Shown piece after piece: positions 11,758-25,030 of a stretch of 64,000 bases of DNA (the first letter of the stretch is position 1; every line of letters begins with the position of its first letter). Under the pieces are notes generated by a model. It made no database searches, had not been told where the DNA came from, and saw nothing but the letters and a program-made list of their open reading frames with translations. This DNA comes from Octopus sinensis (lineage: Eukaryota), in the NCBI RefSeq assembly GCF_006345805.1, contig NC_043020.1, positions 1,736,001 to 1,800,000 of the forward strand, in the 5' to 3' direction. Both the position numbers and the translations under genes were made by a program.

Positions 11758-12157
11758 GAATCTTTTCGGTTTGACCGGCAGTTTTTAAAAAATAATTTCC
11801 ACGTAACTAAACACTTTTAAACTTCGTATACTGGTTGAATGTGTTTATAAAACATCATTTTCTCTTGGTTTTATTGAGAAAATACTGTAGTTTGTAAAAT
11901 ATTTGTTGTTTCGTTTTCTTCAATTTCTGTAATTTCAACCAATCACTGACGTCTATTGAGGTAAAAAAAAACATTCTGTGCCGTATGAATATGTCCCTCG
12001 TTTAAGAAACACATTGGGTTTATTTACATTTGTGAAGAAAAAAAGATACCCTTCCCCCCACCCCTAATCCTAAAACAGATTGAAATGCAATAGATCGATA
12101 CTAGGGTCATAATTATGGGTGACAATTTCATGACACACTAGGAAAAACTGCCGTTCT
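11758..12157. mobile_element. MITE, inverted copy of 1694-2116
   Basis: Same TIR and internal sequence in the opposite orientation; right TIR truncated. Confidence 0.85.
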
Positions 12158-12435
12158 AATGTCCGCTGATATTTTTATGCTCATTAATTCCTTAATCCCC
12201 TATTTTTTCTTTCACTTTTTTTAAAGTCCTCGGACGGCGGCCATCCTGGGGCACTGCCTTCGAAGAATTAAATCGAAGAAATCGACCCCAGTGCTTGTGT
12301 TGTTTTATTTATTTATTTACTTTTCTTTTTCAAATTCCTGTGCTTGTTCTAATGATTCCTTAATTTTCTTTAGGAAAATTTCGAAGAATTACTGAAATAA
12401 TAAGGCTTAGCAGTACTAATGTGCGTATGTGTGTC

Positions 12436-12477
<42 letters not shown>

Positions 12478-12596
12478 TGAGAGAGAGAGGGTACCCCTTT
12501 GTTTTGAAAGGGCCAGTCACATTGGAAACAGGAATTCAACTTGACAATAAAACTTATTTTCCAGCCTATTTCTCTACACACACACATACACACGCA

Positions 12597-13140
12597 TACT
12601 CTTTTACTTGTTTCAGTCATTTGACTGCGGCCATGCTGGAGCACCGCCTTTAGTCGAGCAATTCGACCCCAGGACTTATTCTTTGGAAGCCTAGTACCTA
12701 TTCTATTGGTCTCTTTTACCGAACCGCTAAGTTACGGGGACGTAAACACACCAGCATCGGTTGTCAAGCGATGCTAGGGGGACAAACACAGACACACAAA
12801 CATATACACACACACATATATCGGCGAGCTGGCAGACACGTTAGCACGACGGGTGAAATGCTTAGCGGTATTTCGTCTGTCGTTACGTTCTGAGTTCAAA
12901 TTCCGCCGAGGTCAACTTTGCCTTTCATCCTTTCAGGGTCGATAAATAAAGTACCAGTTTCGCACTGGGGGCGATATAATCGACTCAATCCCTTCGTCTG
13001 TCCTTGTTTGTCTCCTCTATGTTTAGCCCCTTGTGAGCAGTAAAGAAATATATATAAATATATATATATATACGACGGGCTTCTTTCAGTTTTCGTCTAC
13101 CAAATCCACTCACAAGGCTTTGGTCGGCCCGAGGCTATAT
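12597..13140 (-). mobile_element. SINE family A with a family B SINE (12822-13050, +) nested in its microsatellite
   Basis: The family A tail and head halves are split by a complete family B copy. Confidence 0.85.
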
Positions 13141-13319
13141 TACACACAAACACACAATCGCACATACATATAGACATACTTACAACATACATTTTTTAAA
13201 AATTTTTACTTTTCTTTATCGTTTTTAGGGGACTGGTGTAGAGACAAAACTTTTTTCTCGGTCTATTTCGTTTTATCGGGTCTGTCTGCATGGCAAAATA
13301 TAAAAAGAGAAATATTTTT

Positions 13320-13728
13320 TTATTTCTTTATTACCCACAAGGGGCTAAACACAGACGGAACAAACAAGGACAGACAAAGGGACTAAGTCGTTTATATCGA
13401 CCCCGGTGCGTAACTGGTACTTTATTTATCGACCCCGAAAGGATGAAAGGCAAAGTCGACCTCGGCGGAATTTGAACTCAGAACGTAACGACAGACGAAA
13501 TACCTATTTCTTTACTACCCACAAGGGGCTAAACACAGACGGGACAAACAAGGACAGACAAAGGGATTAAGTCGTTTATATCGACCCCAGTGCGTAACTG
13601 GTACTTTATTTATCGACCCCGAAAGGATGAAAGGGAATGTCGACCTCGGCGGAATTTGAACTCAGAACGTAGCGGCAGACGAAATACCGCAAAGCTTTTC
13701 GCCCGGCGTGCTAACGTTTCTGCCAGCT
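13320..13728 (-). mobile_element. SINE family B, head-to-tail dimer
   Basis: Two units of about 185 bp joined at gacgaaatacc|tatttctttactaccc. Confidence 0.9.
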
Positions 13729-14060
13729 ATTAGGTATTAGAGGCCCTGAAGCTTCAGATTCATTAGTTTTATAGTAGGTCCGCCACTGTCTCACACACAC
13801 ACACATGATTATTCACACACACATACACATACACACACATGTGCACACACACGTTCACTTCACACACGTCTAGAACTGGCTTCCACACAGTTTTCACCTA
13901 TGAAATTCGATCACATAGCTTTAATCGGTCCAAGGCTATAACAGAAGACACTTGTCTAAATGCTGTGCAGTGGGGCTGAACCCGAAACCATGAGGTTACA
14001 AAGCGAATTCTTTTACCACATAATTAAGTGCTGAACATTTTAATTTTTTCCACTTTGTCC

Positions 14061-14107
<47 letters not shown>

Positions 14108-14109
<2 letters not shown>

Positions 14110-14665
14110 GCCTTCATGCAATACCAGGCAGTTACTCTCATGACTTCTGATCTTAACTGATTTCAAATACTAATTTCAAATTTTGACACAAGGCCAGCAA
14201 TTTCGAGGGAGGGGATAAATGAATTACATCAACCCTAGTGCTCAACTGGTACTTATTTTATTGACCGTGAAGGAGATGAAAAGCAGAGCTGACCTCAGCA
14301 GAATTTGAACTCAGAATGTAAAGATGGACGAAATGTTGCTAAGCATTTTGTCCCACATGCTTCTGATCTTAACTGATTGGAAGTGTTATCATGTACATTG
14401 TTTTGTCTTGTTATCATGTACATTGTTTTGTCTTGGTATAAAAGATGGGCTACAGCAAATATTCTGCTCAATACCACAGATTTGCTTGTCAGTTGTTTGA
14501 CCTTAACCAGTTGAGAATGTCCCTTTGTGGCTGATGATATGTGCATCTCTGATCACGAGCAGAAGTAGTGGGGGAGCATCATAGTCATGCGTTGAGAGGA
14601 ATTCTTTGGGGTTTGAATAATTCACCTCTGGAAACATAGGTGTTTCGTTCAACATCCTTAAACAA
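14108..14665 (-). mobile_element. Probable LINE 3' end with (ATT)n tail, interrupted by a family B-related SINE
   Basis: Abuts (AAT)n at 14061-14106; cttctgatcttaactgatt is duplicated at 14144-14162 and 14360-14378 around the SINE. Confidence 0.55.
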
Positions 14666-15344
14666 CCCTAACCCTAACTAACCCTAACCCTAAAATAGAT
14701 TGAAATGCAATAGATCGATACTAGGGTCATAATTATGGGTGACAATTTCATATGACACCGCTAGAAAAAACTGCTGCCCAAACCGAAAAGATCCAAAATC
14801 GCACCGATTGAAGTCAGCCCTCAGTGCGTGATAACATTCGGCGTATATTTACGCCAACCGCTTTAGTTCAAGCACAGTTTATTTATCTAAACTATTAATA
14901 TATCTCTGTGAAGGACGATCATGCGGTATTCACGAATAAGATCACTTGACAGTACAAGTCAGATCAACTTCATGCATTTACAGTCACGTGAACTAAAATA
15001 AATTGACCTTAGTGTGGTAGAGTGGCCTGATACATTGTAAACAGTGGTATCTAGTTTCCTAATGTTTCCCTTCTGCTTTACATATTGTGCATATCTTTGA
15101 AGCATTTGTCTTCTTGGCGGTGGTGGAAAATGTTCACTTGCTTACGAACCACATGGTTCCGGGTTCAGTTCCACTGCGTGACACCTTGGGCAAGTGTCTT
15201 CTACTATAGCCTCGGGCCGACCAAAGCCTTGTGAGTGGATTTGGTAGACGGAAACTGAAAGAAGCCCGTCGTATTTTGTTGTTAAAATTGATGTTCAATG
15301 GACTAGGAATGAGGAATGAGAACCCAGGTTCGAAATTTCCCCAA

Positions 15345-15390
15345 GACACCTGATGAAGGCTGGATAGTATATCAGTCGAAACTTTGTGCT
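15345..15390 (+). ncRNA. Minimal hammerhead-like motif
   Basis: gacac CTGATGA a GGCTG gatagtatat CAGTC GAAAC TTT gtgct; same family as 6340-6384. Confidence 0.6.
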
Positions 15391-15639
15391 AACAACAAAC
15401 AAGATGAGGACAAATATCCGTCGAATGTAAATAATGTACCTAATTCCTCATCTCTTAAATAAAGAACTGTTCAATAAAATAGTTATCCTAGTTCTCCGAT
15501 GCATTAAACTAGTTACTCTACTTCTAAGATGCACAAAATATTTAAACATTTTAAAAATAAATTCCTAATAATATTTAAAAATCTGTTGTACTAAAGGTTC
15601 AAGGCCTGAAACTTTAAAGGAGGGAGCTAGTCGATTACC

Positions 15640-16150
15640 TGGACCCCTGGTACTTAATTTATCGACCCCGAAAGGATGAAAGGCAAAGTCAAACCTCGGC
15701 GGAATTTGAACTCTGAACGTAACGGCAAACGAAATACCTATTTCTTTACTACCCACAAGAGGCTAAACACAGAGGGGACAAACAAGGACAGATAAACGGA
15801 TCAAGTCGATTATATCGACTCCAGTGCGTAACTGGTGCCTATTTAATGGACCTCGAAAGGATGAAAGGCAAAGTCGACCTCGGCGGAATTTGAACTCAGA
15901 ACGTAAGGAGAGATGAAATACCTATTTCTTTACTACCCACAAGGGGCCAAACACAGAGGGGACAAACAAGGACGGACAAACGGTTTAAGCCGATTATATT
16001 GACCCCAGTGCGTAACTGGTACTTAATTTATCGACCCCGAAAGGATGAAAGGCAAAGTCGACCTCGGCGGAATTTGAACTCGTAACGTAGCGACAGACGA
16101 AATACCGATAAGCATTTCGCCCGGCATGCTAACAATTCTGCCAGGTCGCC
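15640..16150 (-). mobile_element. SINE family B, tandem trimer
   Basis: Units joined at gaaatacc|tatttcttt (about 15738 and 15922); another tandem run at 16760-17068. Confidence 0.9.
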
Positions 16151-17599
16151 TGCGATTTAACAATTCTGCCAGAATAAAAATACACCAGGATATTAAAAAC
16201 AACGAATGGATTTGAGGGTCCATCCGAGTAAAAAAGAAGTTTAAAGGTGTTCATAGTTGAAAAATGGTTGAGGCCATTGCTCTACATAATTTTTATCAAA
16301 AATTAATTTACGAAGGTTTCATTAATTCTATTATTATCCAATGTAACTATTTAAAGAAATGATAACAACAGAATCAATTACACAGGCGATAGCAAGCCAA
16401 AAATAGCATTAAATAGCCGAGAGATTAAAATTAATCAAAGGTATGCCAACCTGCTAGAAATAACAGTCAAAACTCTTTGATAAGAGCTTTGACTATTATT
16501 TCAAGCAGGTAGACATACATAGTATGTCCTTTGATTAATTTTAATTTAATCAAAATGTTAGAAGTAGAAGTCAGATCTCGTTTAAATGATATGAGTTACA
16601 GTTTAAAGCAGGGTACTCAATTATTTTCCTTTTCTTTTTTAATAATCTATGAACCCCTTTGATTATTATTTTGTTCGATCCTTTGAAAACTAGTTTTATC
16701 GATACTTCTTCCAAAACTTCTATTTTGCTTTTCACACATTCACTTGTTCAATAAACTAGGAATTTGAACACAGAACGAAAGGAGTTAGAAGAAATACCTA
16801 TTTCTTTACTACCCACAAGGGGCTAAACATAGAGGGGACAAACAAGGACAGACAAACAGATTAAGTCGATTATATCGACCTCAGTGCGTAACTGGTACTT
16901 ATTTTATCAACCCCGAAAGGATGAAAGGCAAAGTTAACCTCGGCGGAATTTGAATTCAGAACGTAACGGCAGACGAAATACCTATTTCTTTACTACCCAC
17001 GAGGGGCTAAACACAGAAGGGACAAACAAGGGCAGACAAACGGATTAAGTCGATTATATCGACCCCAGGATATTTAAAACATGGAACTATTTAAAAAATA
17101 GAACTATTTCTTGCAAAAAAATACATCATAAGCAAAATTGTCCTATGGACCCTAAACATGTAACTGTGGATTCCCGATCTACTTCTTTGCTTGCATGGAC
17201 CTCCAAAAGTCTTACATGAACCCCCAGGAGTAATTTGGGTCACGTGTTGAGAACCGCTGGTCGAAAGAAACGAGGTAGAAGCGAGAAAGAAAATTCTTTC
17301 TTTTGAGTCAAAGATGAATTGTTTCCCTGGAGTAATATCATGTGAGCACAGAGTTGTTTCCCTTAGTTTTGGATATAATATTTTACAAATTCATTGTCTG
17401 CGTCAAAATAGATTTAAGGAAGAATGGGTGCGCGCACTCGCGCGTCAGTGTGCGTCAGGAGTGGCTAAGAAGTCTCCTTCCCAACCACACATTTCGGGGT
17501 TCAGTCCCACTGCGTAGCACCTTGGGGCATGTAAATTCTATTACAGTGTCGGGTCGATCAAAGCCTTACGAGTGAAAAGGAAACTGAAAGAAGTCCATT

Positions 17600-17706
17600 T
17601 TGTGTGTGTGTGTGTGTGTGTGTGGTGTGTTGTATATGTATATGTGTGTGTGTGTGTGAGTGTGTATGTGTGTGAGTGAGTGTGTATGTGTGTGTGTGAG
17701 TGTGTA

Positions 17707-17739
<33 letters not shown>

Positions 17740-17743
17740 GTGA

Positions 17744-17774
<31 letters not shown>

Positions 17775-17976
17775 TGTGTATGTTTGTGTGTGTGTATGTG
17801 TGGTATGTGTATGTGTGTGTGTATGATTGTGTATATTGTGTGGTGTGTATGTGTATGTGTATATGTGTGTGGTGTGGTGTGTGTGTGTGTGTGGTGTTGG
17901 TGTATGTGTATATGTGTGTGTGTGTGTGAGTGTGTATGTGTGTGAGTGAGTGTGTATGTGTGTGTGTGAGTGTGTA

Positions 17977-18016
<40 letters not shown>

Positions 18017-18112
18017 AGTGTGTATGTGTGTGTGTGTGTGTGTATGTGTGTGTGTATGTTTGTGTGTGTGTATGTGTGTGTATGTGTATGTGTGTGTGTA
18101 TGATTGTGTATA

Positions 18113-18145
<33 letters not shown>

Positions 18146-18369
18146 GTGTGTGTGTGTGAGTGTGTGTGTGTGTGTGTGTGTATGTGTATATGTGTGTGTG
18201 TGTTGTGAGTGTGTATGTGTGTGTGTGTGTGAGTGTGTATGTGTGTGTGTGTATGTGTGTGTGTATGTTTGTGTGTGTGTATGTGTGTGTATGTGTATGT
18301 GTGTGTGTGTGATTGTGTATATGTATGTGTGTGTGTATGTGTATGTGTGTGTATGTGTGTGTGTGTGTA

Positions 18370-18400
<31 letters not shown>

Positions 18401-18420
18401 TGTGTGTGTGTGTGTGTATC
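17600..18420. repeat. Compound (TG)n/(TATGTG)n tract
   Basis: Directly visible; lies after a family A SINE head. Confidence 0.95.
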
Positions 18421-18899
18421 TTTTATCTTTTACTTGTTTCAAATCAGTAGGCTACGGCCATGCTGGGGCACAACTATGAAAATTTTTTAGTCGAACGAAT
18501 CGACCCATGTCCTTATCTCTTTTAAAGTCTGTTACTTATTTTTTTGGTCCCTTTTGCCGAACTGCTAAGTGATGTGGTCGTAAACACACCAGCGCCGATT
18601 GTAAGACTGGGATGGAGGCCAAACACAGACACAAAATCACACACGTAAGAGTGGATTTGGTAAGCCGAAACTGTAAGAAGCAGCGTCGTGATATATATCT
18701 GAGACCCCACTTCGGTCGTGACTGACCATGGGATTACACCTAGAAATTCCCCCCCACACTAGGCACAACCCGGGCAAGGTTGTTTATGGAAGACCAGCAG
18801 TCGCCCATGCATACCGGCCTCCCCTCTCCACGCCACCAGAGTTATCCAAGAGAACACACACACACACTCGCACACACATGAAGTGGTATTAAAAAGCTT

Positions 18900-19130
18900 G
18901 GTGGCGAACTGGTAGAAACGTTAGCACGCCGGGCGATATGCATAGCCGTATTTCGTCTGCCGTTGCGTTCTGAGTTCAAATTCCGCCGAGGTCGACTTTG
19001 CCTTTCATCCTTTCGGGGTCGATAAATAAAGTACCAGTTACGCACTGGGGTCGATGTAATCGACTTAATACTTATGTCAGTCCTTGTTTGTCCCCTCTAT
19101 GTTTAGCCCCTTGTGGGTAATAAAGAAATA
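18900..19130 (+). mobile_element. SINE family B with 15-bp TSD
   Basis: ggtattaaaaagctt at 18885-18899 and 19131-19145. Confidence 0.9.
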
Positions 19131-19299
19131 GGTATTAAAAAGCTTCCAGTCTAGTTCTGTAGGGCATCGTCAGATGGCGGCACACAGTTGCCTGCACAGT
19201 AAGGGTTAGCAGTGATTCTCACGAGGCAGTGAGCTGAGTGACATCGCTGTGTTTATTTCACAAGCTGTGAAATTTGCATATGTTGTATTCTGCGATTTT

Positions 19300-19795
19300 G
19301 TCATGGACAGGAACACAAAGAGCCAACGTGAAATTTTGCATGAAACTTGGCAAGTCTGCTACAGAGACATTGAGCATGCTTCGGCAAGCTTACAGTGACG
19401 CGGCACTGGATCGTACGCAATGTTTCGAATGACACGGGCGCTTCAAAAGCGGAAGAATTTTCCCTTGAAGATTATGAGCGGTGTGAACGACCTGCCTCGA
19501 TCGTCACCTCCAGAGAAAATTCATCAACTTGTGAATGAGGATAACGACATTTCTGGTGGTCTGTTGGTCTGTAGTACAGGTCCATGTAGACAATCCCAAC
19601 GTCGGAATTGAACATGCGGCGTGTCTCTGCCAAGTTTGTCCCCCACCTGCTGACCACTGATCAGAAAGTACATTGCGTCGAAGTCCGTCAAGATCTCCGT
19701 TAGCGAGCTGCTGATGACCCATCATTCATATCGAGGATCATCACCGGTGACGAGAGTTTGGTCTATGGGTACGACCCTGAGACAACACAACAACT
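19300..19795 (+). mobile_element. Mariner transposase fossil (N-terminal half)
   Basis: QRANVKFCMKLGKSATETLSMLRQAYSD....FE*HGRFKSGR, then SAKFVPHLLT.DQK and IITGDESLVYGYDPET (WVPHxL and first catalytic Asp motifs), with stops and frameshifts. Confidence 0.9.
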
Positions 19796-19849
19796 TAAGA
19801 GGCTTTCATCTCCAAGATGCATCATCTAGCTGTTTGCACAAGAATCCTG

Positions 19850-21253
19850 TTACCTATCATGTCTAGTCAGGTGCGCTAGTCTGGCCATGTTGGGCATCTT
19901 GAAAACATTAGGATTCCAAAGCAGTTGTTCTAGTGTGAGATTGTGCACTGTAAAAGAGCCATTCAAGTAGTGAGTTCTTGTTGAGTGAGTTGTATCCAGG
20001 TATGGGTGGCTTATCTGGGATTCCTTGAAGAAATCTGTCCAGAATCCGTTTAAAGGTGATGAGATCCTTTTCCTCTTTGATCAGTTTTGGGACAATGTTA
20101 AACAGGGCGGCAAGGCCTGTTGAGGAAAAGAAATTACGTCGCAGTGTACCTATATGTTGTGATCCTAAATTAGACAGCAGACGTATGGCCTGTGGTCCTA
20201 GCCTTGGATGACACTTGAAACTAATGTTCAGGTCGTTTGGGCAAAGTTGGCGGTATATTCTCCACATCGTACAAATGATGTACTGCTCGCGGCGGCGCTG
20301 GAGAGAGTAGAGTTTCATGGCTTTAAGGCGGTCGCAGTAATCGAAATCAGTCATGCCTTCAATTCGTTTAGTGAGTGCCCTCTGGGGTGATTCAATCCTC
20401 GATATGTTTTGTATGGGGAGACCACAAGGGGAAGCAGTATTCGAGGTGTGGCGGTACAAAAGAGGAGAAAAGTGGAATCATAGCACCTTGCTCTCTGAAC
20501 CGGAAGGTTCTTAAGATCCAGGAGCTCATCTTGCGAGCTATATCGACCTTATTGTTGATGTGGGCACTCCAACTGAGATTGTTATCAACTATTACATCTA
20601 GGTCTCTGATATTATTAGATACCGTGAGCGGTTTCCCTGAAGGAAGAGATTATGGCTGTTTTAGTAAAGACTTTCTTCCAAAATGCATCAGCTCAAATTT
20701 TCCCTCGTTCAGTTGCATTTTGTTTCTGTCTGCCCATTGACCCACAGCCTATAGATTTGGAGTTGAGTTCGGTCTTCTTCTTCATTGAGAATTTGCTGGA
20801 GCTTAGTGTCATCAGCAAATATTTTCACTTTGCAGTGATTTACGACGCTGGAAAGGTCGTTTACGTAAATTATGAAGAGGAGGGAGCCCAAGAAGTCCCC
20901 TGAGGGACACGACTGATAACTTTTGCTGGGCTTCCATCGACCACAACTCCTTGTGTTCTATTCGCCAGGAAATACTTAATCCAGTGTAGAATTTTTCCAC
21001 GGATTCCAACATTTGCCAATTTTGAGAGTAAGATATTATGGTCAATACTGTTGAACGCTTTACTGAAGTCAAGATATATGACGTCAGAGTTCAAACTTGT
21101 TCCCAAGGCTTTGAGTACATCTTCAATGTGGTGTAAGAGCTGTGTTAGACATTCCCTACCACAGCGAAAGCCATGCTGATTTCCATTTAGGAGTTTGTGG
21201 GTCTTCAGGAAGTCAGCTATCCTTGATCTTACCACTCTTTCAAACACTTTAAT
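19850..21253 (-). mobile_element. CR1/L2-group LINE, decayed RT and 3' end
   Basis: NQHGFRCGRECLTQLL, VIYLDFSKAFNSIDH, VPQG, LLFIIYVNDL, IFADDTKL, KLYSLQRRRE; frameshifted. Confidence 0.92.
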
Positions 21254-21322
<69 letters not shown>

Positions 21323-21803
21323 GTATATATATATAACAACCAGCTCATTAAATTAACGTGACAAGGCTGGCCCTTTGAAACACAGGCACTACTCATTTTT
21401 GCCAGCTGGGTGTCCTGGAGCAGCGTAAAGTAAAGTGTGTTGCTCAAGGACACGACGCGCTACCGTGAATCGAACTCAAGGTTTGATGATCGTGAGCCGA
21501 ACAACTTAATCACTAAGCTACTTGCCTTCACATACATGCGCACACACACACCTATATGGCATTTATATATTATGTAATAAATTTACATATATATATATAT
21601 ATAGCACAATACATCACATAATATTTAGAAATGGATAATGTTATTCCACATGAAAGCATTAAAAATATGATTACGCAAGTGTTTATGTACATGTATGCTC
21701 ATATACATATATATGTGTGTATGTGTATATATATATATATGGAGAGTGAGAGAGAGAGAGAGAAAGAAAGAGGGTGAGAGAGAGGTTCATGTATATATAT
21801 ATA

Positions 21804-21848
<45 letters not shown>

Positions 21849-21984
21849 CTTATAATCTCATATTTGTTATATACTCACACGTACATATGTATAACCATAG
21901 ATATTTTTACATGAAAAACACACACAGTCACACACACACACACATAGGTATATAAATAAATCTACACAGACACACATGCACACA

Positions 21985-22022
<38 letters not shown>

Positions 22023-23409
22023 CAGACACACATACACATTTCCATTGCACACGCACGTACATGCACAGACACGCGCACACAGAAAACCTAATCGCTCTTT
22101 AGACTGTGAAGTCACGTAAAGATCTACTTCTAATACGTTGCTTGATATTATCAAAGAATAGTTACGTTGTCTCCGACACAATTTTTTCTATCTCTTCTTT
22201 TAGAATCGCTCTACTCATTCCTACAAATACATACATACATACATACATACATATATGTATTCATGCGTATATTTTGTAGTTTGTATCTGATTTTTTTTAG
22301 TTTCTGGTAGTCTTTTTTCGTCGTCTTTTGATTTCGTCTTTTGACTATTGATCGTCATCCATTCGCAACGTGCAGCATTGTAACCGATCATTTTTCACCC
22401 AGCCGTTGGACTAATTAACTTATTGATGTAAGGCGAGATCAAATAAGTATAGTCGCTATAAAACTTCAGATATATATATATATATGTATGTATGTATGTA
22501 TGTATGATGTATGTATGTATGTATGTATGTATGTATGTATGTATGTATGTATGAATATATAATATATATATATTATATATATATATGTATGTATGTATAC
22601 ATGTATATATATATGAGTGGGTGGGTGTATATATATAATGTGCATGTACAGATATATAGTGATGTATGTTATGTATATGTGTATGTAAATGTATATATTT
22701 TATATATATATGCATATGTATATATATATATATTATATATATTATATTATATGTGTGTGTGTGTGTGTGTGTGTTGTGTGTATACATGTATATATATAAT
22801 ATATATATATATATATGTATATATACATGTATATATATATATGTATACATGTATATATATATATGTATATACATGTATATATATATATGTATGTATGTAT
22901 ATATATATATATATATGTGTGTGTGTATGTATATATGGATATACATATAGTATGTATGTATGCATGTATACAGATCAGTGAAAGTTATGGATCAAAGGTC
23001 GAACAGTGGAACAGTACTTAATACAGAAAAGTAGACTGCGAGTGCGTGTACGTAAAAAACAAACACACATTCGCAAACATACACACAAACACTCATATAT
23101 ATATATATATATATATATATTTCGTATACATTCCATGCTTTTTTCCAAGGAATCTAATGCTCTTTGCTTAGTTTTTCCTTGGAGCTGGCCAGATTGGAGC
23201 AATCGCAAGATTAATCAGCTGAAATTGCGAGGATGATCTGGTTCTTGACTGAGGATAGAAATCTTCGAATGCCCCGTCCTTGTTTTTTTGTATCGTCTAT
23301 CTAGATGTTTTGTTGTCCCTTTTTGTATCAACAAATTGTCCGGATATTTTGCTTTCTTGTCCTATTTTGTATATTTATATATATATATAGCGGCGTACGT
23401 ACACTTTGT

Positions 23410-23478
<69 letters not shown>

Positions 23479-24259
23479 ATATATATATATACATGCATAT
23501 CTGTGCGTATATCACGTAGGTTATCGTATGCTTTACTTTCTTATAGCGCGTCGATGACACTAGGACGAAATTCGTCCCGATTTTCCGCGATTCCACTCAT
23601 CTGATGAGTTGCGGTCTCTCCCATCGGATGAAACCGCAGTGCTAATTCTTTATGACCAACTAATGGTGTTTCCTTGGCAAGGACATCGGGGTGGTTTACC
23701 AATGCCTACTACATCTATCTATAATATATGTATTTACCCAACTGTCTATTTCTCTCTCTCTCTCTTTGTACATATATATACATATATGCGTGTGTATATA
23801 TATATATGTGTTTGTGTATATATGTATCTACACAGCTGTTTCTCCTCCCATCTTAATTCATCTCACTCCCTCATTCTCCCACCGTTCCTCCTTATTCCAT
23901 TCTTTTTTCCTTCTACCTCTCACATCCTACTACTTCCTGTTCACACACGAAGCTCCTGTGGTCCTTCTTTCCTTATCCCTTGCAACCAGTGTTTCTAATT
24001 TATGGGATGTAAAACCCTGCGGTCTAGCTTTTATTTATTTCTTATGATTTTGTTTTTCATTTGAGAAGCGTTGCATGATTTAAGATCACCACTTTCTGAT
24101 TCTCTGGTGCGTTTGGAGAAATTTAACCTCTAACAAATATTCCGTCCAGACTCGTAGTCAGAGTATAACTTCCTTCCGTCTTCACACCAGCTCCAAAAAC
24201 CTCGGAAAAAATAGTTACTGGCTTTTCTCTTCTGACTAAATTTATAAAATTGATTTTGG

Positions 24260-25030
24260 CACAAGGCCAGCGATTTCGGGAAGGGGCTAAGTCGATCAAA
24301 TCGACCCCAGTACTCAACTGGTACTTATTTTATCAAATCTGGTAGGATGAAAGACAAAGTCGACCTTGGCGGAATATAAATGCGGACGAAATGCCGCTAA
24401 GCATTTTGCCCAGAGTACTAAAGAGTCTGGCAACTTCCGGCAATTTCGTGGGTGGGGGAGGGCTAGTCGATTATATCGACCCCTGTGCTCAGCTGGTACT
24501 TATTTTATCGATCCCGGAAGGATGAAAGGCAAAGTCGACCTCAGCGGAATTTCGACTCAGAACATAAAGACAGGCGAAATGGCGCCAAGCATTTCATCCA
24601 GGGTGCTAACGATTCTTATTTCTTTATTGCCCACGAGAGGTTACACATAGAGGGGACAAACAAAGGCAGACAAAGGGATTAAGTCGATTATATCGACCCC
24701 AGTGCGTAACTGGTACTTATTTAATCGATCCCGAAAGGATGAAAGGCAAAGTCAACCTCGGCGGAATTTGAACTCAGAACGTTAAAACAGACGAAATACC
24801 TATTTCTTTACTACCCACAAGGGGCTAAATGCAGAGAGGACAAACAAGGATAGACAAACGGATTAAGTCGATTATATCGACCCCAGTGCGTAACTGGTAC
24901 TTATTTAATCGACCCCGAAAGGATGAAAGGCAAAGTCGACCTCGGCGGAATTTGAACTCAGAACGTAACAGCAGACGAAATACCGCTAAGCATTTCGCCC
25001 GGCGCGCTAACGATTCTGCCAGTTCGCCAC
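24260..25030 (-). mobile_element. Cluster of about four family B SINE units
   Basis: Repeated ggatgaaaggcaaagtcgacctcggcggaatt blocks; junctions at about 24615 and 24800. Confidence 0.9.

Noticed and set aside
14660-14695. Telomeric (TTAGGG)n seed (also near 990-1020 and 1795-1815)
   Set aside because: Only a few imperfect units, lying inside or at the edge of MITE sequence.
17558-18479. Long ORFs such as the 294-aa HT-repeat and CV-repeat frames (also 22395-22981, 49026-49538, 52207-53027)
   Set aside because: These are translations of microsatellites that happen to lack stop codons; no evidence of coding function.
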